Shown here one piece after another: positions 1-7,449 of a stretch of DNA of 32,000 nucleotides. The stretch lies in contig CAYNZZ010000009.1 of NCBI GenBank assembly GCA_964401865.1, positions 26,357 to 58,356 of the forward strand, written 5' to 3'. Within the stretch, counting starts at the first letter, position 1, and each line of letters starts with the position of its first letter. This stretch comes from an uncultured Erysipelotrichaceae bacterium (GTDB taxonomy: Bacteria; Bacillota_I; Bacilli_A; Erysipelotrichales; Erysipelotrichaceae). A program made the translations under genes and the position numbers. The notes under the pieces were generated by a model. It was not told where the DNA came from and made no database searches. It saw only the letters and a list, made by a program, of their open reading frames with translations.

Positions 1-524
1 AGACACATTGATGCAAATACTCCGACGATAGTAATTGCCGATGCAATGAATTGAGGCATACTTTGAGAAATCATTTGTCTTAAAGTATCCGTATCATTGG
101 TATAAATACTCATGATATCGCCATGAACATGAGTATCAAAGTATTTAAGTGGCAATTTTTCCATGTGTTCAAACATCATATCACGAATTTTTTTTAAAGT
201 TCCTTGGGTTACACTAACCAGAATTCTGTTGTAGGTAAAGTTTGATATAACACCTAGAAGATATATCATTGCCATGACCATTAATGCGTTAATCAATAAA
301 CTGAAATCAGGATTATCTACGCCAATCAGTGGGGCAATATAATCGTCGACTAGTGTTTTGATGAAGTTAGTTCCGATAACACTGGCAATACTACTGATAA
401 AAATCAAGATTACTACTACGATACATTGCCATTTATAGTCTTTGAATATAAATTTTAATAATCTAAATAATGATTCTTTAGGATTTTCTAATTTTACTTT
501 CGTTTTAAAACCTCCTCTACTCAC
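1..524 (-). CDS. ABC exporter permease/ATP-binding protein, N-terminal (transmembrane) part only; the gene runs off the window start
   Basis: Absent from the ORF track because there is no stop in the window. Minus-strand translation from GTG (524..522) gives VSRGGFKTKVKLENPKESLFRLLKFIFKDYKWQCIVVVILIFISSIASVIGTNFIKTLVDDYI...LKKIRDMMFEHMEKLPLKYFDTHVHGDIMSIYTNDTDTLRQ, a typical TM1-TM3 region of MsbA/MdlB-type half transporters. The GTG overlaps the TAG stop of the upstream gene (GTGAGTAG), and GGAGG lies 8 nt upstream. Confidence 0.8.
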   Translation of the reverse strand, partial: MSRGGFKTKVKLENPKESLFRLLKFIFKDYKWQCIVVVILIFISSIASVIGTNFIKTLVDDYIAPLIGVDNPDFSLLINALMVMAMIYLLGVISNFTYNRILVSVTQGTLKKIRDMMFEHMEKLPLKYFDTHVHGDIMSIYTNDTDTLRQMISQSMPQFIASAITIVGVFASMC

Positions 525-2250
525 CTAGGTTACCTCCTTTCTTTTGAACATTTACAATATCTCGATATATTTCATTGCTTTCAAATAATTCATCATTGGT
601 TCCGATACCATTTATTTTACCGTCGTCTAAAACAATAATCATATCGGCATCTTCAACACTGGAAATTCTTTGAGCGATAATGATTTTGGTCGTATTTGGT
701 ATTTCTTCTTTAAATGATTTGCGAATCATGGCATCGGTACGGGTATCGACAGCACTTGTTGAATCGTCTAATATTAATATTTTAGGTTTTTTCAAAAGAG
801 CACGAGCTATACACAATCTTTGTCTTTGCCCACCTGATACATTAGTTCCACCCTGTTCGATATAAGTGTCATATCCGTCTTTAAACTTATCAATAAATTC
901 ATCGGCACAAGCTAATTTGCACACACGTTTAATATCTTCGAGTGAAGCATTTTCATCACCCCATCTTAGATTTTCAGCGATAGTGCCACTAAATAAGACA
1001 TTATTTTGCAAAACGACGCTGACATTGTCTCTTAAAGTCTTGATGTCATAATTTCTGACATCTTCATTTCCTACTAATACACGTCCTTCATCGACATCAT
1101 ATAGACGGGATATTAGGGAAATAAGGGTACTTTTTGCGCTTCCTGTACCACCGATAATACCAACAGTCATACCACTTTTTATATTTAAGTTGATGTCGGT
1201 TAAATTATAATCCTTTTCACTCGCCTTATATTTAAAATAGACATGATCAAAAACGATGGAACCATCTTTTACTTCCATGATTGGATGGTCATTATTAGCA
1301 ATAGTTGGTTTTTCGTTTAGTACTTCGGCAATTCTGCGCATACTGGCAATTGACATCGTCATCATGACAAAAATCATTGATATCATCATTAAACTCATCA
1401 GGATATTTGTGGTGTATGTGAATAGACTCATCAATGAACCGGTGGTCAAATCACCGACAACGATGAGTTTGGCACCTAAATAGCTAAGAGTAATTAAACA
1501 GGCATACATAGTTAACTGCATGACCGGTGAGTTGAATGCTAAACGATTTTCAGCTTTAGTGAAAACACTATAAATATCTTGAGATGCTTTTTTAAATTTA
1601 GAAGTTTCATACTTCTCTTTTACGTAAGCTTTTACAGTTCTAATACCTTTTATATTTTCTTCAACACTTTCATTTAAGCGGTCGTACTTCTCAAAGGCAA
1701 CATCGAATATTTTGGTTGTAACTTTTATGATAAGGAATAGAACACAAGCCAAGAAAATGATGGCGCATAGAAATACAATGGTTAAACTTGGACTGATGTT
1801 AAAAGCCATAAACATTGCACATATTAGTAGTAACGGTGCTCTAAAACAAATTCTTAAAACCATCTGATACGAATTTTGAACATTAGTTACATCAGTTGTC
1901 ATACGAGTAACTAAACCGGCAGTGGAATATTTGTCAATGTTTTCAAATGAGAAATCTTGAATATTTCTAAACATAGCTTTTCTTAGATTTTTTGCAAATC
2001 CACTAGACGCATAAGCAGCATATTCTCCACTTTTTGCTCCGCCATAAAGAGCTAAAAGCGATAATCCCAGCATCAACAAACCATTGACGACGATAGCTTT
2101 GATATCGTTTTGTTCAACTCCAAGGTCGATGATACGAGCCATCGTGAAAGGGATTGCCATTTCACATATTACTTCAACACTTATGAAGATAGGTGCTAAA
2201 AAACTTGCTTTTTTATATTCTTTTACTTCTTTGATTAGTGTTTTTATCAT
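517..2250 (-). CDS. ABC exporter permease/ATP-binding protein (fused TMD-NBD half transporter)
   Basis: 577-aa ORF with an N-terminal 6-TM-type domain. Walker A GGTGSAKST, ABC signature VSGGQRQR, Walker B ILILDDSTSAVD. The ATG overlaps the marR stop (ATGA), so the gene is translationally coupled on both sides. Confidence 0.92.
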   Translation of the reverse strand: MIKTLIKEVKEYKKASFLAPIFISVEVICEMAIPFTMARIIDLGVEQNDIKAIVVNGLLMLGLSLLALYGGAKSGEYAAYASSGFAKNLRKAMFRNIQDFSFENIDKYSTAGLVTRMTTDVTNVQNSYQMVLRICFRAPLLLICAMFMAFNISPSLTIVFLCAIIFLACVLFLIIKVTTKIFDVAFEKYDRLNESVEENIKGIRTVKAYVKEKYETSKFKKASQDIYSVFTKAENRLAFNSPVMQLTMYACLITLSYLGAKLIVVGDLTTGSLMSLFTYTTNILMSLMMISMIFVMMTMSIASMRRIAEVLNEKPTIANNDHPIMEVKDGSIVFDHVYFKYKASEKDYNLTDINLNIKSGMTVGIIGGTGSAKSTLISLISRLYDVDEGRVLVGNEDVRNYDIKTLRDNVSVVLQNNVLFSGTIAENLRWGDENASLEDIKRVCKLACADEFIDKFKDGYDTYIEQGGTNVSGGQRQRLCIARALLKKPKILILDDSTSAVDTRTDAMIRKSFKEEIPNTTKIIIAQRISSVEDADMIIVLDDGKINGIGTNDELFESNEIYRDIVNVQKKGGNLGE

Positions 2251-2702
2251 TTATTAGCTTCTCCTTTCTTTAAATGGACAATTATTTTTTCAAGTGAATT
2301 AAATAGTTGATTTTTTTCTTCTTCATCTAAACATGAAAGCATGTACTCATCGAATGTATTGAATTTTTCGATAATCATATTATTTAAATGGTCGGCTTTT
2401 TCGGTTTGAATAATAAGCTTTTTCCTATTATCATCAGGATCATTAATTCGGTTGATAAATCCTTTATCTTCTAAGCGATCTAAAATACCTGACACCGTAG
2501 GATTAGATATATTTAAATGTCTTTCAATGTCTTTTTGACTAATGCTAAAACCCTTATATTTGGCATGATGCAAATATCTTAAAACATCAGATTGACTTGC
2601 TGTTAAATCACACTCTTTAAATGCTTCATTAGCCATCTTGTCAATTTGCCAATGAATCTTTTTGATGAGTGGGCCAAGTATTCTTTTATATTCCTGCTTC
2701 AT
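2247..2702 (-). CDS. MarR-family transcriptional regulator
   Basis: Winged-helix region LTASQSDVLRYL...SQKDIERHLNISNPTVSGILDRLEDKGFINR is typical of MarR. I place the start at ATG 2702 (MKQEYKR...) because AAGGAG sits 6-7 nt upstream. The track start at 2726 has no RBS and lies inside the operator palindrome. Confidence 0.85.
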   Translation of the reverse strand: MKQEYKRILGPLIKKIHWQIDKMANEAFKECDLTASQSDVLRYLHHAKYKGFSISQKDIERHLNISNPTVSGILDRLEDKGFINRINDPDDNRKKLIIQTEKADHLNNMIIEKFNTFDEYMLSCLDEEEKNQLFNSLEKIIVHLKKGEANK

Positions 2703-2716
2703 ATGCAACTCCTTTT

Positions 2717-2776
2717 TATATAGCATACTATTACATAGTATGCTATATATTATATCATCATTATATTATCGGTCAA
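2717..2776 (-). promoter_or_regulatory. marR-ABC operon promoter (TTGACC-16-TATAAT) with an adjacent 15-bp/3-bp/15-bp perfect inverted repeat (candidate MarR operator)
   Basis: On the minus strand, TTGACC is the complement of 2771..2776 and TATAAT is the complement of 2749..2754, with a 16-nt spacer. The palindrome TATATAGCATACTAT-tac-ATAGTATGCTATATA spans 2717..2749, covering the -10 edge and the early transcribed region. Confidence 0.55.
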
Positions 2777-2908
2777 CACCTATGGATATATTACTCCGTT
2801 TTTTAAAATACTATGCTTTGATGTTTTTATGTATTTCTTGTTTAAAAAGAAGTTAAAACATGTGTAAAAGAACTAAAAACGGGCATAGAAATGCGATATA
2901 ATTATTAC

Positions 2909-3274
2909 ATGAGTAAAATTGAAGATTACAAGATAGGAATGATTGTGTATGGTCGAATATCAGGTATCAAACCATATGGGGCATTTGTTTCGTTTGATGG
3001 CAATGTCAGTGGATTAATTCATATCAGTGAACTATCTAATGGTTATGTAAAAGATGTCAATAAATTTGTGCATATTAATGACCATGTAATGCTTAAAGTA
3101 ATAGACATTGATTATGAACATTCGCAGTTAAGGCTTTCATTTAAAGCAATGAGCCAGAATAAAAGAAAGTATTTAAAAAAAGTAAAAGCGGTATCCATGC
3201 CTGATAAGAAAATAGGTTTTTCATCAATCGAGAAAATGATGCCTATATGGAAAAAGGAGAGAGAAAATGATTAA
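2909..3274 (+). CDS. S1 RNA-binding domain protein (general stress protein 13 / YugI-like)
   Basis: GMIVYGRISGIKPYGAFVSFDGNVSGLIHISELSNGYVKDVNKFV...VMLKVIDIDYEHSQLRLSFKA is a canonical S1 OB-fold. I prefer the start at ATG 2909 (MSKIED): the length matches GSP13-type proteins and TATAAT at 2897..2902 lies 6 nt upstream. The track start at 2891 has no SD. The gene overlaps the pgi start by 8 nt. Confidence 0.8.
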   Translation: MSKIEDYKIGMIVYGRISGIKPYGAFVSFDGNVSGLIHISELSNGYVKDVNKFVHINDHVMLKVIDIDYEHSQLRLSFKAMSQNKRKYLKKVKAVSMPDKKIGFSSIEKMMPIWKKEREND

Positions 3275-4538
3275 AGTAGATTTGAGTAACGCAAAACTTG
3301 AACAGTCGATTTATGATTTTCAAGATGAAGTAAACAAAGCACATGATATGTTGCATAAAAAAACCGGAGCAGGTAATGACTTTGTTGGATGGGTCAATTG
3401 GCCTTTAGACTACGATAAAGAAGAATTTGAAGAGATACTTGAACTCAAAAAGAGCTTAGAAGGTAAATACGATACATTATTGGTGTGCGGTATAGGTGGA
3501 TCATATTTAGGTGCTCGTGCAGCAAGTGAAATGATTAGGGGTTTATACCCTGATGACGGAATTGAATGTATATTTGTGGGTAATACATTCTCACACACTT
3601 ATATTTCACAGGTTTTAAAACATATTGAAAATAAGAATGTAATCTTGAATGTTATTTCAAAATCCGGCACAACAACCGAGACTTCGTTGGCCTTTAGAAT
3701 CTTTGAACAATTCATGTATGAAAAATATGGTGAAGATGCTAAAAATAGAATTATTGCCACTACTGATAAAAGCAGAGGTACTCTAAAAGCTTTGGCGACA
3801 GCTAAAGGGTATAAGACCTTTACTATTCCTGATGATATCGGTGGTAGATATTCGGTATTCACTGCTGTTGGTTTATTACCATTGGCTCTTTTAAACATTG
3901 ACATTAAAGAATTGATGAATGGTGCTAAAAAAGCTTATGAAGATTTATCGAATCCAGATTTAAAAGAGAATCCGGCCTATCAATATGCAGTCGCAAGAAG
4001 AATTTTAGATAAGCAAGGTTATAAAGCTGAAATGTTTGTGACATATCACTTACAACTTACAATGGTTGCGGAATGGTGGAAACAGTTATTCGGCGAATCT
4101 GAAGGCAAAGATGGTTTGGGTATTTTACCTACCAGTGCGTGTTTTTCGACTGATCTGCATTCTTTAGGACAGTTCATTCAAGAAGGTAAAAAAGTTTTAT
4201 TTGAGACTTTATTGACTGTTGAAAATATGCCGTTAGATATTGCATTCCCTTATGACGAAGAAAATCTTGACAATATGAATTATCTATCTGGTAAAAAAGT
4301 ATCTTGGGTAAATGAAATGGCTATGAGAGGTACATTGAGTGCTCATAGTGATGATGGCAATGTTCCAAATATCGAGTTTAGTCTAAAAGATAATAGTGCA
4401 TATAGTTTTGGATATATGATTTATTTCTTTTTCAAGGCTTGTGGTATGACTTGTTATTTGCTGGATATTAATCCATTTAATCAACCGGGAGTTGAAGTTT
4501 ATAAACGAAAGATGTTTAAACTATTGGGTAAGGAATAA
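3267..4538 (+). CDS. pgi: glucose-6-phosphate isomerase
   Basis: 423-aa ORF with PGI signatures GIGGSYLGARAA, ISKSGTTTET, GGRYSVFTAVGL and GESEGKDG. RBS AAGGAGAG. Confidence 0.93.
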   Translation: MIKVDLSNAKLEQSIYDFQDEVNKAHDMLHKKTGAGNDFVGWVNWPLDYDKEEFEEILELKKSLEGKYDTLLVCGIGGSYLGARAASEMIRGLYPDDGIECIFVGNTFSHTYISQVLKHIENKNVILNVISKSGTTTETSLAFRIFEQFMYEKYGEDAKNRIIATTDKSRGTLKALATAKGYKTFTIPDDIGGRYSVFTAVGLLPLALLNIDIKELMNGAKKAYEDLSNPDLKENPAYQYAVARRILDKQGYKAEMFVTYHLQLTMVAEWWKQLFGESEGKDGLGILPTSACFSTDLHSLGQFIQEGKKVLFETLLTVENMPLDIAFPYDEENLDNMNYLSGKKVSWVNEMAMRGTLSAHSDDGNVPNIEFSLKDNSAYSFGYMIYFFFKACGMTCYLLDINPFNQPGVEVYKRKMFKLLGKE

Positions 4539-4541
4539 TAA

Positions 4542-4560
4542 AAGCCTTTATAAAAGGCTT
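4542..4560. terminator. hairpin between convergent pgi and the small membrane gene
   Basis: AAGCCTT-tataa-AAGGCTT. The T-rich flank is on the minus-strand reading (ttattatt). There is no T-run on the plus side, so it is a better terminator for the minus-strand apbE transcript. Confidence 0.5.
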
Positions 4561-4586
4561 AGACAGAGCCTATCGGTAAGCAGCGC

Positions 4587-4934
4587 TTATTGATGGGCTT
4601 TTTTATTAATGGCATATTCGAAGATAAAACCGATTATGATAAATATCAAATATACGCATGACCATATAATCCATAAATTATTTAAACCATCTCCATAATC
4701 GGATTGAAACAGATAAGCCAAGATAAATCCAATGATATAACCGGTGACAGTTAAACTTGGAAGTATTTTCCTTTTTTTAACAATTCCTGAAAAGAAAACA
4801 ACAATAACACCAATGTAAAGAAGAAAGAGTGGGAAGGATTTCATTCCGTGAAAAGAGAATAATGGATATCTAATTGCCAGAAAGGCTAGTGCTAAAATAA
4901 GCAAGGATAATAAACCGGTTTTTCTTTCGCTCAT
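4587..4934 (-). CDS. small integral membrane protein, unknown function (4 predicted hydrophobic segments)
   Basis: 115-aa ORF, strongly hydrophobic (LLSLLILALAFLAI, LFLLYIGVIVVFFSGI, VTGYIIGFILAYLF, IIWSCVYLIFIIIGFIF). ACGGAG lies upstream. It sits 34 nt downstream of apbE on the same strand. Confidence 0.6.
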   Translation of the reverse strand: MSERKTGLLSLLILALAFLAIRYPLFSFHGMKSFPLFLLYIGVIVVFFSGIVKKRKILPSLTVTGYIIGFILAYLFQSDYGDGLNNLWIIWSCVYLIFIIIGFIFEYAINKKAHQ

Positions 4935-4968
4935 ATTTTATACTCCGTTTTTGTTATGTATAAATGTT

Positions 4969-6075
4969 TTATTTGATGGTGTAGTTCGTAAAATCATCAG
5001 TCATATAGACATTTAATCCGTTGATATTTTGAGTTTTGATATCTTCCGGATTATTTTCGCTCAATACCCAAAGAACTTCGATTTCAACATCATAATAATC
5101 TTCGACTCTTTGAATAAACTTCATTCCTTCTTCGATATTCATATTGAAAAGCGAAGTGCTTAAAGCATCCGCTAAACCGCTATTACTCACAATAACGCTT
5201 ACTGATTCATATAAATCTGAAGGATATAGTGTATCGGGATTGATGATATGGTGCATTTTTTTATTGCCCTCAGCAATGTAATAATTGAAGTAATTTCCTG
5301 ATGTGACAACCGATGCACTATTTCTAGTGAAAACATTGATAATACCATCATATGAATATTCTTGACTGCTTCTTGGATCTTGAATAGCTACGCCCCATGG
5401 TGTGCCGTCTGCTTTGTCATTTATTGTTCTGACATTGCCACCACCGACAATGCTGGCGTGTTTGATGCCGTTTTCTTCGAGCATTAAAGCTATCTTTTCG
5501 ACGGTATATCCTTTAGCAATACCACCGACATCAAGCGAAATATCTGGATCATCAATATAGACGGTACTATTTTCTTCATCAATTATGATATGTTCAAAAC
5601 CATGGTGTTTGCTGGCCTCGATTAAGTCATTTTCATCAGGAAGAATACCATAAACACCCGATTCATTCAGTGTTTTACCATCTTCTCTAACCTTATGCCA
5701 AACTTTTAATAAAGCACCCTGAGTAATATCAAATTTACCATTTGAGAGTTCATACATCTCTTTTGAAATCTTCAACATTTCAATGATTTCCTCATCAACT
5801 TCAATCGGTTTGATGCCGGCGTTATCATTAATGGTTTTGATATTATTGATATTTTCATAGTTATTATATATATCAAATAATTTATTATATCTTATGACTG
5901 ATTCTTTAATCATCTCTTCGTACTGGTTATTCTTATTTTCATTTTCAGTATAGATTATCCAGTTCCATACAGTGTTGAATCCGCAGTCATAACATATGTC
6001 GCTATACCTATTTAATGGTTTACATCCCGACAATAAAAAAGTAATTGTTATTAGTGATAAGATGATTTTTTTCAT
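4969..6075 (-). CDS. apbE: FAD:protein FMN transferase (ApbE family) lipoprotein
   Basis: Signal peptide with lipobox LLSGC. ApbE motifs DITQGALLKV, DVGGIAKGY and SVVTSGNY. ATG 6075 is preceded by AGGGAG; the track start at 6078 is an adjacent TTG. The gene is divergent from rnfC. Confidence 0.9.
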   Translation of the reverse strand: MKKIILSLITITFLLSGCKPLNRYSDICYDCGFNTVWNWIIYTENENKNNQYEEMIKESVIRYNKLFDIYNNYENINNIKTINDNAGIKPIEVDEEIIEMLKISKEMYELSNGKFDITQGALLKVWHKVREDGKTLNESGVYGILPDENDLIEASKHHGFEHIIIDEENSTVYIDDPDISLDVGGIAKGYTVEKIALMLEENGIKHASIVGGGNVRTINDKADGTPWGVAIQDPRSSQEYSYDGIINVFTRNSASVVTSGNYFNYYIAEGNKKMHHIINPDTLYPSDLYESVSVIVSNSGLADALSTSLFNMNIEEGMKFIQRVEDYYDVEIEVLWVLSENNPEDIKTQNINGLNVYMTDDFTNYTIK

Positions 6076-6104
6076 CAAAAGCTCCCTTGTAATTTAATGG
6101 AGTT

Positions 6105-6126
6105 ATTATAGCATATATGCTAAAAT
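6105..6126. promoter_or_regulatory. compact bidirectional promoter: two back-to-back extended -10 elements built on a palindrome
   Basis: ATTATAGCATATATGCTAAAAT is a 22-bp palindrome with one mismatch. The plus strand reads TGcTAAAAT (6118..6126) toward rnfC. The minus strand reads TGcTATAAT (complement of 6105..6113) toward apbE. Strong SDs follow on both sides. Confidence 0.5.
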
Positions 6127-6153
6127 ATAACTATTGAATAAGGAGGATAATAT

Positions 6154-7437
6154 ATGGCGTTCTTGATAGGACCAATGCAGAAGCATTTAGATGGTCATAA
6201 AGAACTAACCGCTCATAATGAAATAATTGATTTAACAGCCGGTGATAAAGTTTATATTCCATTAATGCATGGTGGTGCAGTGATAAAATGCCTTGTTAAT
6301 GTCGGAGACGAAGTTAAAATCGGTGATCGTATTGCGGTTAGAGACGATCATTTCTATGTGCCTTTTTTTGCGTCGGTATCAGGCAAAGTGATAGGTATCG
6401 AAAAGCGCATGTCTTCTAGTTTAAGACCGGTTGATCATGTGGTTATTGAAAACGATCATCTCGATACAAAAGCTGAACTTCCTACTCTAGGAAAAGATGC
6501 TTCAAGAGAAGAAATCATTGATTTTATGAAAGATAAGGGACTTGTAGGTTGTGGTGGTGCTGGTTTTCCTTCATACATCAAGTATCAGACTGACAAGTGT
6601 GAAACATTAATCATCAATGCAGTAGAATGTGAACCTTATATTACTGCTGATGCCAGAATGGTAGAAGATAATAAGGAAGACTTTAAATTAGGCGTTCTTT
6701 CGATGCTTAAAGCTTCTAATGCTAAGGTGTGCTACATTGGTATTAAAGAGAGTAAAAAAGAATTAATACCTCAACTTCAAGAATTATTTAAAAATGACGA
6801 TAATGTTGAGGTAAAAGCAGTAAAAGATGTTTATCCAATGGGTTGGGAAAGAACCTTGGTTTTCTCGATTTTAGGCAAGCGATATGAAAAACTTCCTATT
6901 GAAGTAGGAGCCATTGTTTCTAATGCTACGACAGCTATTATGTTGGCGAGGGCAATGAATACCGGCTTACCAATTTATGAAAAGTTAATTACTGTTTCTG
7001 GTGATGGTATTAAAGAACCACACAATGTTTTGTGCCGTGTAGGTACAAGTTTTAAAGATTTAATTAATGCTTGTGGTGGATTAAAAGATGATGCTGATAA
7101 GTTTGCGCTTATCGCTGGAGGGCCAATGATGGGGACTTCGGTTATCAAAGACGAAGTGTGTATTGGTGCTGCCAGTAATGCAGTTACGGTCTTAAAGTAT
7201 GTTGAAGTAAAAAGTATTGCTTGTTTAAGGTGTGGCCAATGTGTTGATCATTGTCCAAGTGGTCTAGAACCGGTCAATATCAACAAGGCATTAAAGGCTA
7301 AAGATCTTGATATGGTAAAGAAACTTCATCCAATGGATTGTATTGAATGTGGTATGTGTACATATGTTTGTCCTTCGAATATCGAAGTGACTGAAGGTGT
7401 ACGCCGTGCTAAGAAAGCTATGGCTTTAAATAGATAA
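6154..7437 (+). CDS. rnfC: Rnf electron transport complex subunit C (NADH/FMN-binding, 2x[4Fe-4S])
   Basis: 427 aa. Contains GCGGAGFPSYIKY (51K-type NADH/FMN site) and two ferredoxin motifs, CLRCGQCVDHCP and CIECGMCTYVCP. RBS AAGGAGG. Confidence 0.92.
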   Translation: MAFLIGPMQKHLDGHKELTAHNEIIDLTAGDKVYIPLMHGGAVIKCLVNVGDEVKIGDRIAVRDDHFYVPFFASVSGKVIGIEKRMSSSLRPVDHVVIENDHLDTKAELPTLGKDASREEIIDFMKDKGLVGCGGAGFPSYIKYQTDKCETLIINAVECEPYITADARMVEDNKEDFKLGVLSMLKASNAKVCYIGIKESKKELIPQLQELFKNDDNVEVKAVKDVYPMGWERTLVFSILGKRYEKLPIEVGAIVSNATTAIMLARAMNTGLPIYEKLITVSGDGIKEPHNVLCRVGTSFKDLINACGGLKDDADKFALIAGGPMMGTSVIKDEVCIGAASNAVTVLKYVEVKSIACLRCGQCVDHCPSGLEPVNINKALKAKDLDMVKKLHPMDCIECGMCTYVCPSNIEVTEGVRRAKKAMALNR

Positions 7438-7449
7438 GGTGGTGTAAGA

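Noticed and set aside
6107-6122. The 9-mer TATAGCATA is shared between the apbE/rnfC promoter palindrome and the marR operator arms. This suggested that the MarR protein might also control rnf.
   Set aside because: The half-sites are contiguous at rnf but about 16 bp further apart at marR, so one dimer could not bind both with the same geometry. Both sites can also be explained as TGCTAnAAT-type extended -10 sequences read from opposite strands. A shared AT-rich 9-mer in a 32-kb window is not strong evidence.
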